Source: an uncultured Candidatus Saccharibacteria bacterium (GTDB taxonomy: Bacteria; Patescibacteriota; Minisyncoccia; 2-02-FULL-40-12; GWA2-44-9). From it: DNA of 37,816 nucleotides. The translations under genes were made by a program, and so were the position numbers. The number at the start of each line of letters is the position of its first letter. The first letter of the stretch is position 1. Below the pieces are notes generated by a model, which did no database searches, was not told where the DNA came from, and was given only the letters and a program-made list of their open reading frames with translations. This document shows positions 1 through 9,144 of this stretch, piece by piece. The stretch lies in contig CAZENF010000001.1 in assembly GCA_964513645.1 (NCBI GenBank), positions 266,022 through 303,837 on the forward strand, read 5' to 3'.

Positions 1-315
1 TAGTTCTCTTAAGAGAAATTCCAATTCCTGTTTTTCACCTTTGTCAGTATCTCTCAAGAGAGTAAGCCAAACCTTAGATTCGTTAGCTGATTTTAAGGCG
101 TGAGTAAAAAAATTAATAAAATCACGTTTAGAAGAAGCTGAATTAGCTTCTATATAGTTAGCTATTACGCTTGTTCCGCTTCTCAAGAGTTGTTTACCCA
201 TAATATCACAAGTTGATTCATTCGGCAGTTTATCAATAAACTTTATTAATCTAAGGACCCATTCATATAATCTTCTTTTAAATTCATTTTTAAATTTTAC
301 ACTGTCATTTTGCAT
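1..315 (-). CDS. Four helix bundle protein (TIGR02436/bAvd-like), 3' end runs off the window
   Basis: Not in the ORF track; translated by hand from ATG 315: MQNDSVKFKNEFKRRLYEWVLRLIKFIDKLP...GKQLLRSGTSVIANYIEANSASSKRDFINFFTHALKSANESKVWL. QLLRSGTSxxANYxEA and F...ALKSANE are family motifs. Confidence 0.9.
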   Translation of the reverse strand, partial: MQNDSVKFKNEFKRRLYEWVLRLIKFIDKLPNESTCDIMGKQLLRSGTSVIANYIEANSASSKRDFINFFTHALKSANESKVWLTLLRDTDKGEKQELEFLLREL

Positions 316-335
316 TTTGATTTTTTAATTTTACA
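308..335. repeat. Tandem 7-nt-period repeat over the four-helix-bundle start
   Basis: TTTTGCA TTTTGAT TTTTTAA TTTTACA. Confidence 0.6.
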
Positions 336-1524
336 TTACCCTTGGTTTGGGGACATGGGTTATCCAATGCCCGCCGGCCTTTTTGTACCAACCCTGATAT
401 TTATCTATTTCGGTACTATGGTTCCAGGCACACAAAAACGCATAATCTATAACTTTCTTGGGACTTGTTTTGCCTTCTTCAAAAACAGTCTGGGGCACGA
501 CCGGGATATGGACGCCCGGATATAGCTTGCCTTGTTTTTCCGGTGTGGTGTCGGTCACGAACGGAATTAATTCCGGTCCGATGCCGCAATAGTTGAATAT
601 CGTCGTTGCTTTGGAGGTCGCCGCAAAACCACAGATCGTTTTTTTGTCTTTTTTAACTTTATTCAAAATGTCGAGAAGACCTTTTTTTGACTTTGAAACG
701 TTTTTGGCCAACAATTCAAGCTTTCCTTCAAGACCGGATTCTTTTTTAAGCCATTCATTGACTGCCGGTTTAACTTTATATGTATCTTTATGGCCGACAT
801 ACATCCTCAACTCCCCGCCGTGCGCCCAAATATGTTCGCAGTCGAATACATGATAGCCCAACGGCTTAAGCATGTTGTTTATGAACGAAATGGTGAAATA
901 CCAGACGTGCTCGTCATATATCTGGTCATAGGATGTTTTCTCGACGATATCCAAAAAATACGGGTCCTCAAAAACAAATACCCCCTTTTTGCCGAGAAGC
1001 TTTGTCACCGCTTTTAAATATTCCTCAAAACTTTCGACATGACAGGAAACATTCGCGCCAAAGACCAAAGAAACATCACCCTGAGCCAGTATCTTTTCCG
1101 CAACTTTTTCACTCATAAATTCGGAAATGACTTGATGGCCCTTTTCCCGAGAAACCGCCGCGACATTTCCTGAAGGCTCAACGCCGATAGCCCTTACTCC
1201 GAATTCTTTCCAGGCCTCGAGCATTATCCCGTCATTTGAACCCATTTCAACGACTATACCTTTTTTAGCATACGGCAATAATTTTTCAGCAGTTTCTCTG
1301 AAATGTATCTGCATACCCTTTGAAGTTGAAGAAAAAAAAGCATAATTTGAATGGAACATTTTCGCAGGCGGAACTTTGTTGATGAGGCCGATTGCATGCG
1401 TTTTAGAATCATAGCCAAGTACCATATTATAAAAATACTCGTCCTTAAACTGCTTTTTGGTCAAAAAGGCGTTTGCAATCGGCATTTTCCCGAAATCAAT
1501 CACTGGTTTGAGCTTGATTTGCAT
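331..1524 (-). CDS. NDP-hexose C3-methyltransferase (TcaB9/TylCIII-like SAM methyltransferase)
   Basis: VVEMGSNDG SAM motif, ANVSCH, YDQIYDEH, HGGELR, GFAATSK, DTTPEKQG, AWNH. Confidence 0.88.
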   Translation of the reverse strand: MQIKLKPVIDFGKMPIANAFLTKKQFKDEYFYNMVLGYDSKTHAIGLINKVPPAKMFHSNYAFFSSTSKGMQIHFRETAEKLLPYAKKGIVVEMGSNDGIMLEAWKEFGVRAIGVEPSGNVAAVSREKGHQVISEFMSEKVAEKILAQGDVSLVFGANVSCHVESFEEYLKAVTKLLGKKGVFVFEDPYFLDIVEKTSYDQIYDEHVWYFTISFINNMLKPLGYHVFDCEHIWAHGGELRMYVGHKDTYKVKPAVNEWLKKESGLEGKLELLAKNVSKSKKGLLDILNKVKKDKKTICGFAATSKATTIFNYCGIGPELIPFVTDTTPEKQGKLYPGVHIPVVPQTVFEEGKTSPKKVIDYAFLCAWNHSTEIDKYQGWYKKAGGHWITHVPKPRVM

Positions 1525-1563
1525 CCATTGATATTATCAAAATAGTCTTGTTTTTTCAAACAA

Positions 1564-1590
1564 AAGCCGAAGTAAATTACACTTCGGCTT
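1564..1590 (-). terminator. Intrinsic terminator of the IMPase-like gene
   Basis: AAGCCGAAGT-N7-ACTTCGGCTT stem with T-rich tail on the minus strand, 8 nt past the stop. Confidence 0.8.
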
Positions 1591-1597
1591 AACACAT

Positions 1598-2596
1598 CTA
1601 TACGTTAGGCTGTTCAGGAATTAGAGGCAAACTCCAACGTTCATTAGGACACTGATGATAAAGCTCGGATAGAACATGGGCCACACATTTAGGATAACCA
1701 GTGCCAAAGTTTATTTCACGCTTCAAGCTTCCATTAATTAATCCCAGATAATGATCTACGATCTTACGATTCGGCCCAAGAATAACCGGTGTCTGGCCGT
1801 CAAAAGTATATGGCGCATCATCAAGTGGTCCAGCAACTACCACTTGATTGTCTTCGACTTTTGTTTGCAAAGCACAAGCCCCCATAGCTCTAGCAAAAAC
1901 CGACATCGCTCCAAGTTCATATCCCCGCTGACCAGCACCGCTAATACCCGGCAAATTCGAGTTCCAGTAAAGATCGATGTATCCTCGCAACACCCAAAGC
2001 ATAACCATTGCCGAGGAGTGACTATCAGATATTGTTTCCGGATAAATACCGTATGGAATGAGGAAACGTAAAAATGAATTTGCGCGCCGTGCGATTTCTG
2101 TTGCCACAGCCGGGGCATGAATATTGTATTGGCTTATTGGTTCCATAACTGAAAACTGGCCTGGAATATAAGCCAACTTGTCGTCAGCCAAGAAGATCTC
2201 GCCCACATTATTTGAAAGATCTATCATTCCAGCGCAGACAACAGAAGCAAAAGTTGGATTTGGAATATTTTTCCTTAATGACATAACTGCTGAGACCGGC
2301 AAATGATTTATCACCATTGCTCCGGCGCTTCGAGCGTCACCGGCCGTACCATCAGTCGGATCAACACCCACAATCCATTTAGCATCTCTTGGGCCAACAG
2401 GATTATATCCTTCAGCTTCTAAGATCATATCTGGCTCAAGGCCAGATTTAAGAAACTCTACTGCTTCGGATTCAAAAAGAGTCTGTCTTTTTTCTAAATC
2501 ACTCATCTTACCAGGTTCAGTTGCCCGCCGCCCCATTTCAACTCTCATATCTCTAAGGTCTCTTAATTTGGTTCTTAGCCAAAGGCCTTCACGCAT
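1598..2596 (-). CDS. Divergent inositol monophosphatase/FBPase-superfamily protein
   Basis: WIVGVDPTDGT matches WxxDPxDGT; YELGAMSVFARAMGA resembles WDxAAGxxIxxEAGG; upstream TGTATAAT and AGAGAGGG. Confidence 0.6.
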   Translation of the reverse strand: MREGLWLRTKLRDLRDMRVEMGRRATEPGKMSDLEKRQTLFESEAVEFLKSGLEPDMILEAEGYNPVGPRDAKWIVGVDPTDGTAGDARSAGAMVINHLPVSAVMSLRKNIPNPTFASVVCAGMIDLSNNVGEIFLADDKLAYIPGQFSVMEPISQYNIHAPAVATEIARRANSFLRFLIPYGIYPETISDSHSSAMVMLWVLRGYIDLYWNSNLPGISGAGQRGYELGAMSVFARAMGACALQTKVEDNQVVVAGPLDDAPYTFDGQTPVILGPNRKIVDHYLGLINGSLKREINFGTGYPKCVAHVLSELYHQCPNERWSLPLIPEQPNV

Positions 2597-2661
2597 CTTT
2601 CCCTCTCTTTTTTAAGGATACAAAAGCCTATTTCTAGGTTTTAATATTATACACCGAGTTT

Positions 2662-3618
2662 TTAATTAAGTCCAGAGTGATTAAATTTTGAGATGACCTC
2701 ACCAACACCCTTCTTGAGATTACCGACAGATTTAAAACCAAGTTTGCGGAACTTTGAATCGTCGACATCATAAGATAGCTGGTTCATAACCTCCGAATCG
2801 ACATAATTTACCGCCAACTTCGGTATGTAAGTTTTGATAGTTTTAACCACATCTTCAACTGTAAAATTATCCGTAACGACATTATAAATCTCGCCATCAA
2901 ATATATCTTTCTTTAGCACAAAATTAACCGCCCTTATACAATCGCCGAGATGAAGATATGGTCGCTTCTGCTTCCAAGCCGTCTTCCAAACGGTCAGAGG
3001 CATACCATTGACTGCTTGCCAACTAAATTTATTCACGGCCGTATCATAACGCATACCGATAGAGTGGCCGAAAATGGTGCCGAAACGGCAGATAACAAAT
3101 TTTAATCCTTGCGGCCCAAGTTTTTGAAGGTATTCTTCCGAACGAAGCTTGGCCCAAGCATAAGGACTTTGCGGTTTAAGTTCCTTACAGGTTTCATCAA
3201 CCCGTGTCGCCTGACTGCCATAAACACTGGTTGTGGAAGGAAAGAAAAGTTTAACGTTGTGTCTCAAACAAGCATCAGCCACCCTCATCAGACCAAAAAA
3301 GTTGGTCGCCTCAACTTGTTGAGGAATTTTATGACTTCCTTCGGCATCCGTAATCGCCGCGAGATGAATAACCGTTGAAATACCAGTATCTTTAAGATAT
3401 TTATCGAAATCAGCAGTGATTATATCGTCGTGAATAAAACGATATTTATATTTCTTTTTCGGCAGATCATAAAGAGACGGGAACCGACGAGCTTCTAAAC
3501 TGTCAAAAATTATCACCTCATCAAAAAGGCTTTCGTCTAAGTTACGAATAAGATGGGCACCGATGTGGCCTAAGGCACCGGTAATCAGTATTTTATTGTG
3601 TTTCTTTTTAGTCGGCAT
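2662..3618 (-). CDS. NAD-dependent sugar-nucleotide epimerase/dehydratase (extended SDR)
   Basis: ITGALGHIG, HLAA, STTSVYG, YAWAK (YxxxK). Confidence 0.92.
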   Translation of the reverse strand: MPTKKKHNKILITGALGHIGAHLIRNLDESLFDEVIIFDSLEARRFPSLYDLPKKKYKYRFIHDDIITADFDKYLKDTGISTVIHLAAITDAEGSHKIPQQVEATNFFGLMRVADACLRHNVKLFFPSTTSVYGSQATRVDETCKELKPQSPYAWAKLRSEEYLQKLGPQGLKFVICRFGTIFGHSIGMRYDTAVNKFSWQAVNGMPLTVWKTAWKQKRPYLHLGDCIRAVNFVLKKDIFDGEIYNVVTDNFTVEDVVKTIKTYIPKLAVNYVDSEVMNQLSYDVDDSKFRKLGFKSVGNLKKGVGEVISKFNHSGLN

Positions 3619-3648
3619 AATTCGTAAAAATTAACGTACCATAAAAAC

Positions 3649-4701
3649 TTACTTGCGTCCATTTAAAATCCGGCTGCTTAATTTGTGGACTAAATTTTTA
3701 AGGTCGTGGTTTTTAACGACATATTCACGCAACATGGGATCAGCCGGTATTTTCATGGCTGAAATTATCTTATCAGAGAGCTCGATGTGGTCATGCTCAT
3801 TGAACACCAGCTCTTTTGGCAAGAATGCACGTGACGAATCGTTCGAACTCAAAACCCTCATTCCGGAAGCCATCGCTTCAAGGACAGTCTTATCCAGACT
3901 GCCGGTCTTGGACAGATGGATAAAAACATCATTTGTTCGGTAATATTCTGGCAGTTCGCCGTGACTTTTCTTGCCAACAAAGTTGAAACATTCCTCGAGT
4001 TTTAAGTTCCTTATTTTTATTTTTAGACTTTTTTCATATTCTTTATCTCTTTCCAGAGGCGCCTCGCCTATCATCGTCACCGATACTTTATAATCCTTGT
4101 TCTTCAGAATTTTTACCGCATCAATAAGAGTTTCGTAATTTTTGACAGGAGCGATCCTGCCGACGCTTAACAATTGTAATGACTTTTGTCCACCAGCCGG
4201 TTGATTGCCTTTTGAATTTTGAATTGGCTTAAATAGTTCCGTATCGATACCGTGGCCGGTTATAGCGACCTTAGAAGAATGGAGGCGGAAGCTTTCTTTT
4301 GAAGCGGTGAATATTTCGTCCGCAAATTTTTCGGCCAGACGAAGTTTAGATGTCACGGATTTGTGGGTGTACCAGAGATATATTTTTTTTCTTAACAATT
4401 TCCAGGTCGGGCCTCCCAACACAACCCAGATCGGGTTCATGTGAACCAGGACTGCATCGTATTCTTTCCTAAATTTAAGAACATAAAATTTAAAAGCTAA
4501 GAATTGGGATAATTTTGAGCGTCCTTTGTTTTTGCCCAGACAAATTACTCTTATGTTTTCAGGCAAAGAATGTTTTCCTTCGTTCAGACACAAGACCGTA
4601 ACACGTTCAAATTCTTCGGCAAAAAGCCTAAGCCAGGATATGAAAAATCCGAGTAACTGGTCATTCTCATCTACGGTTTGGGTTACAATTAAGAGTTTCA
4701 T
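3649..4701 (-). CDS. Glycosyltransferase family 4
   Basis: GHGIDT, LLSVGRIAPVKN, GSLDKTVLEAMASG. Confidence 0.92.
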   Translation of the reverse strand: MKLLIVTQTVDENDQLLGFFISWLRLFAEEFERVTVLCLNEGKHSLPENIRVICLGKNKGRSKLSQFLAFKFYVLKFRKEYDAVLVHMNPIWVVLGGPTWKLLRKKIYLWYTHKSVTSKLRLAEKFADEIFTASKESFRLHSSKVAITGHGIDTELFKPIQNSKGNQPAGGQKSLQLLSVGRIAPVKNYETLIDAVKILKNKDYKVSVTMIGEAPLERDKEYEKSLKIKIRNLKLEECFNFVGKKSHGELPEYYRTNDVFIHLSKTGSLDKTVLEAMASGMRVLSSNDSSRAFLPKELVFNEHDHIELSDKIISAMKIPADPMLREYVVKNHDLKNLVHKLSSRILNGRK

Positions 4702-5798
4702 TTCAATAGTTTTTTAAGCTCTTCGGCGTAATTTTTAATTGATGCTTTCTTCTCAAACTGACGGACTATTTCAGGCCCGGAACGACTCAAATCAGCATAC
4801 TTTTGAGGGTCATTTAAGAGCCTTTCGGCCTTATTTGCAATATCATCACTATTCCACGATATTATCTCGCCGCCACGGCCGTTTTTGAGCAAATCAGGGC
4901 ACATTCCGACCGGGGTTGCCAGAACCGGCACCCCGCAAGCCAAAGCCTCTGTAACCACTCTTGGTCCACCTTCGTTATACGATGGCATGACCAAAATTCT
5001 CGACCTGTTGAGTAAATCGGCTATATCGCTCGAATCTTTTGCGTGGCCGTACATTTTAATTTTTAAATTTGAATTTTTTATTTTGGATTCTATGTATTTT
5101 TTCAAAGAACCTTCACCAACTATAATCGCGGAGCAACTTAATTTCTCGACCGCTTCAAGAAACAATTCTACGCCCTTATTCGATTCCAGGCGGGCGATAA
5201 AAATAAGGTCATATTCCTTTGAAGTTTCGAGCGGCTTAAAAGTCTCCAGATCGATATATAGCGAGGAAATGTAGTTTATTTTTTCTTTCGGTACTCCGGC
5301 TTCTTTCAAAAAACCAGGAACCTCGGTCTGGTTGACGGCCCGGACGGCTTTAGCTGTCTTGGTGTCCCATTCGATAAAAACCTTCATCAAACTTCGGTAA
5401 ATTTCTTCCTTGTTGCTACCGGCCTTCGGATGTCCCGGAATATGATGAACTTCAAGAACGTAAGGCACGCCTGTTTTAATCTTAAGCCATTTAGCGCCGA
5501 TTCCGTTATAAAAAGGCGGATACTCGTGAACGGTAAAAAGATCGAATTTTTCCCGCCGATAAATGTTCAAGCCTGTCTTTAATATCCAAAAAGGTTGGAA
5601 AATGAGCGGCCAAGGGCTTGGATGAAGATATACATTATTAAATATTTTTGAATTTTGATCTTTGAATTTTGTATTAGGTTTGGGGCAGATGACATCTATC
5701 CGTTCCCAGTGTTTATGGAATTCTTCGAGAGTATTATAAAACGCGCCGCGCCTGCCTTCGGCCAATGCCCTGTCCCCGGTTATCATTAAAAGTTTCAT
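4698..5798 (-). CDS. Glycosyltransferase family 4
   Basis: FIARLESNKG, PSYNEGGPRVVTEALACGVPV (E-X7-E); ATGA overlap with the next gene. Confidence 0.92.
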   Translation of the reverse strand: MKLLMITGDRALAEGRRGAFYNTLEEFHKHWERIDVICPKPNTKFKDQNSKIFNNVYLHPSPWPLIFQPFWILKTGLNIYRREKFDLFTVHEYPPFYNGIGAKWLKIKTGVPYVLEVHHIPGHPKAGSNKEEIYRSLMKVFIEWDTKTAKAVRAVNQTEVPGFLKEAGVPKEKINYISSLYIDLETFKPLETSKEYDLIFIARLESNKGVELFLEAVEKLSCSAIIVGEGSLKKYIESKIKNSNLKIKMYGHAKDSSDIADLLNRSRILVMPSYNEGGPRVVTEALACGVPVLATPVGMCPDLLKNGRGGEIISWNSDDIANKAERLLNDPQKYADLSRSGPEIVRQFEKKASIKNYAEELKKLLK

Positions 5799-5802
5799 CT
5801 TC

Positions 5803-6960
5803 TTAGGCTTTCATCAGAAGTTCGAAGGTTTTTACTGTCATTTTATCCGAACTATATTTCTCAACGGTTCTTTTGCCTTCGACCGCAAACTCGTCCCTCA
5901 ATTCAGGCGACTGATGCATACCTTTGATGGCTTCGATCAGGTTGAACTCATCATTATATTTTACCAAAAAACCGTTCTTGCCCTGGCGGATAACTTCTTT
6001 GTTGCCGCCGACGGCGCTGGCAATGACCGGCACACCGGCCGCCATTGCTTCCAGGATCTGATGGGAAAAACCTTCATAGCCGCTGTTCAGAACGAACATG
6101 TATGAGGCAGCCAGATAAATTGCCATTTCTTCTTTGGATTTTTTCCCGACAATATAGACCTTTTTATCCAGACCCATATTTCGAACTATTGTTTCAAGAG
6201 CCTGCCGTTCCGGACCGTCACCGATTATGACCAGCCGGATGAACTGGTTTATCTCAAGTACCTTCGGCATCACTTTGATAAGCATCCTAAAACCTTTCCA
6301 TGGAACTAAACGGCCGCTTGAAATGATTATATTGCCGGGAATACCTATTTTTTTACGAGCATCTTCCCTTGAAAGGTCGGAATTTTTAAAATCCACGCCG
6401 TTATAAATAACGTGTATCTTTTCGGGAGGTATCCCCCACTTTTTGACCATGTTGCCCAAGTATTCAGATGGTACGATAATTCCGTCTGCTTTACGGCAAA
6501 CATTTTTCTGGATATTCGAAAGATTTTTGATAAAGCCACGCTTAGCGGTGTCCTGAAAATCATTTATCAGAAGTGACGATTTTTTCTTATTTATCGCGAT
6601 CTCCCAGGCATAATCACCGACTATTTTTACCAAAAATCTTTTTTTACGGAGCCGGGCGGCCGTCAGCGCCGGCCAGCCGGCGCTGACGGCGTTCAATGAC
6701 AAAATAACGTCGGTGTTTTTTGCCTGATCCAGGACTCTGAAAAAATATATCAGATGCCGTAGGCCTTTCGGCCATTTGCGCCAGACCCTGACAACCTTGA
6801 ACGGTAATTCTTTGTCGGAAGGGTGGTTGAATCTGGAAGAATAAGTAATCACCGTAATAGAAGCGTTCTGAGGCGCATTTCTGCCTAAAGTCATAGCATA
6901 AGACGCCGGACCCCCTATGTCCGGGGCAAATATTCCGGTTGTAATTAGAATTCTCGTCAC
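5803..6960 (-). CDS. Glycosyltransferase family 4 (GTG start)
   Basis: FAPDIGGP, IYNGVD, GRLVPWKG, EGFSHQILEAMAAG. Confidence 0.93.
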   Translation of the reverse strand: MTRILITTGIFAPDIGGPASYAMTLGRNAPQNASITVITYSSRFNHPSDKELPFKVVRVWRKWPKGLRHLIYFFRVLDQAKNTDVILSLNAVSAGWPALTAARLRKKRFLVKIVGDYAWEIAINKKKSSLLINDFQDTAKRGFIKNLSNIQKNVCRKADGIIVPSEYLGNMVKKWGIPPEKIHVIYNGVDFKNSDLSREDARKKIGIPGNIIISSGRLVPWKGFRMLIKVMPKVLEINQFIRLVIIGDGPERQALETIVRNMGLDKKVYIVGKKSKEEMAIYLAASYMFVLNSGYEGFSHQILEAMAAGVPVIASAVGGNKEVIRQGKNGFLVKYNDEFNLIEAIKGMHQSPELRDEFAVEGKRTVEKYSSDKMTVKTFELLMKA

Positions 6961-7664
6961 TTGAATAGATTAAATTTTAAGATATGCCACAGAGCGGCAA
7001 GACCGTCTTTCCAGTTGATTTTTTTGCCTTCACCATAGGTCCGGCCTTTATAAGAGATGCCGACCTCATAGACCCGAAGGTGGGCCTGGGCAACTCTGGC
7101 GGTAAGTTCCGGTTCGATACCGAAACGCTCGGCAGTCAGATGGGGCAGGATCTTTTTAAGAGCATCTCGGGTAAAAACTTTATAACATGTTTCCATATCT
7201 GAGACATTCAGGCCGGTAAAAACATTGGACACGAACGTCACAAGCTTGTTGGCCATATAGTGATGGAAGTAAAGGACCCGGCGCGGAAAAGCCGTTACAA
7301 ATCTTGAACCGAAAACCACATCGGCGTCGCCGTCGAGTATCGGCTGAAGAAGTATCGGATATTCCTTGGGGTCATATTCCAGGTCCGCATCCTGGATAAG
7401 TATCACGTCCCCGGACGCCTTCTCAAAGCCCCGCCTGACCGCTGAACCTTTGCCCATATTCCGGTCGGTCAGGATTATCCGGTGCTTGTTTGAATAACGA
7501 CGCAGTATCTCGCGCGAACGATCGGTTGAACCATCATCGACCAATATCAATTCCTTCTCGCATTTCATATCCACAGCGGAAACCGCGGCAATTATATTGT
7601 CGATGGTTTTTTCTTCGTTATATACCGGAATAACGATGCTTAATTTTTTCAGTTCAAATTTCAT
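6957..7664 (-). CDS. Glycosyltransferase family 2 (DPM1-like)
   Basis: LSIVIPVYNEE, VDDGSTD, QDADLEYDP, DMETCYK; start moved to ATG 7664, which overlaps the upstream stop (ATGA). Confidence 0.93.
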   Translation of the reverse strand: MKFELKKLSIVIPVYNEEKTIDNIIAAVSAVDMKCEKELILVDDGSTDRSREILRRYSNKHRIILTDRNMGKGSAVRRGFEKASGDVILIQDADLEYDPKEYPILLQPILDGDADVVFGSRFVTAFPRRVLYFHHYMANKLVTFVSNVFTGLNVSDMETCYKVFTRDALKKILPHLTAERFGIEPELTARVAQAHLRVYEVGISYKGRTYGEGKKINWKDGLAALWHILKFNLFK

Positions 7665-8791
7665 TGCAACTCTTGATATAATTTTCTGAATTTGTCCGCA
7701 ATTATATTCCAATCATATTTTTCCGAAACCATTTGGTAAGCATTCGATATCATTTCCTGTCTTAGCTTATCGTTTTCCACCGCCGTCCGTATCTTGAAAG
7801 CGATGTCTCCAGGCTCAAGCGAACAGTAAAGTCCGGTCTTCCTGTCTTCTAAAAAGTCAGGTATTCCTCCGACCCTGGTTCCGATTACAGGAATTTTGGC
7901 TGCCATCGCTTCAAGAAATGCAGTACCCAGGCCTTCAGACCGTGACGGCCTCGCAAAAACATCTGATATTTTTAAATAGAGCGGCAGCTCATCCGGACGG
8001 GCTGAACCGGCAAAAATAACCCTCTTTTCTAAACCCGATTCCTTGACCCGGGAGACTAAGCCCAACCGCATCGGCCCGTCGCCGACCAGAAGAAGTTTAT
8101 ATTCCCCGCCCAGATTCTTAAGGGCTTCGATCAGAAGATCAACACCGTTCTTGGGTACGAGACGTGACACACTGATGATTATTTTATCATCCGGCATTAT
8201 ACCAATTTCCTTTTCGGCATTGGCCATATCACCGTAACTGAATTCTTTTGAAAAGCTTCCCACATCCACCCCGTTCGGTATGAGGTCCGTCCGGATGTCG
8301 TTATTTATCTTCAGAACATAATTTTTAAGATAATTACTAATTGCTGTCGCGCGGTCAGCTTTTTTTATTATCAATTTTCTAAAAAAACGGATAATAAAAT
8401 TTTGTCCGTCGAGATCTTTGCCTTCCTGAACGGTAAGCAGGAAAGGGATGTCTTTATAAAAAGTTCTCGTCATCCAAGCCGCACCTGCCCCATATGACGC
8501 TTGGTATGAATGAAATGTCAGACAAGTATTTTTAAGCAGCTCACGGGCTTTTAAAAATCCTGTCAGAGGAAATAAAAATTTATCCAATCCGGAGCCGTAG
8601 CCAAGGCGATAGACAGAAAAATTAGCACCTTTCTCGGTCGTAGGAAGTTCTTTTTTATAACGCGGGGTCAGTATTTCAAAAAAAAATTCAGGCAACCTCC
8701 GGTTTATCTCTTCTATTGCAAGTTCGGAACCGCCAATGAACGGCCTGAAAGCCGTTGTAAATACCAATATCCTGTTTGTTCCAATAGCCAT
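7661..8791 (-). CDS. Glycosyltransferase family 4
   Basis: PFIGGSE, IPNGVD, SRLVPKNG, PSRSEGLGTAFLEAMAA. Confidence 0.93.
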   Translation of the reverse strand: MAIGTNRILVFTTAFRPFIGGSELAIEEINRRLPEFFFEILTPRYKKELPTTEKGANFSVYRLGYGSGLDKFLFPLTGFLKARELLKNTCLTFHSYQASYGAGAAWMTRTFYKDIPFLLTVQEGKDLDGQNFIIRFFRKLIIKKADRATAISNYLKNYVLKINNDIRTDLIPNGVDVGSFSKEFSYGDMANAEKEIGIMPDDKIIISVSRLVPKNGVDLLIEALKNLGGEYKLLLVGDGPMRLGLVSRVKESGLEKRVIFAGSARPDELPLYLKISDVFARPSRSEGLGTAFLEAMAAKIPVIGTRVGGIPDFLEDRKTGLYCSLEPGDIAFKIRTAVENDKLRQEMISNAYQMVSEKYDWNIIADKFRKLYQELQ

Positions 8792-8852
8792 AAACCTTGT
8801 TAATACCTCAATTTTATGCTATTATATTGCCACAAATGAGCCCAAATAACAA

Positions 8853-9129
8853 TCCCGTACGAACCAGCATGTTCTACTACACATATATAATTCAAAGCAT
8901 AAAGAATAAGCAGTTTTACACAGGATTTACGTCTGACCTACGGAAGCGCTTTAATGACCATAACGGCGATAAAAATTCATACACGAGAGGTCGAGGTCCT
9001 TTTGAATTAATATATTACGAGGCGTGTAAAAATATCAAAGACGCGACCCAAAGAGAAAAATACCTTAAATCTGGACGAGGCAAGCGTTTCATCAAAGAAA
9101 GATTAAAGCGCTTCCTGGTTCGTACGGGA
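8853..9129. mobile_element. Putative 277-bp mini-element: GIY-YIG gene between 15-bp terminal inverted repeats
   Basis: TCCCGTACGAACCAG (8853-8867) and its exact reverse complement CTGGTTCGTACGGGA (9115-9129); CAA directly outside both ends. Mobility is inferred. Confidence 0.55.
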
Positions 9130-9144
9130 CAAGCTTCAATATGA
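8869..9144 (+). CDS. Small GIY-YIG nuclease family protein (UPF0213-like)
   Basis: YYTYIIQS...FYTGFTSDLRKRFNDHN...YTRGRGPFELIYYE...REKYLKSG; ATG 8869 most likely (8836 possible). Confidence 0.9.
   Translation: MFYYTYIIQSIKNKQFYTGFTSDLRKRFNDHNGDKNSYTRGRGPFELIYYEACKNIKDATQREKYLKSGRGKRFIKERLKRFLVRTGQASI

Noticed and set aside
1-315. Diversity-generating retroelement (Avd-like gene)
   Set aside because: No reverse transcriptase or template/variable repeat pair in the window; sequence beyond the left edge is unseen.
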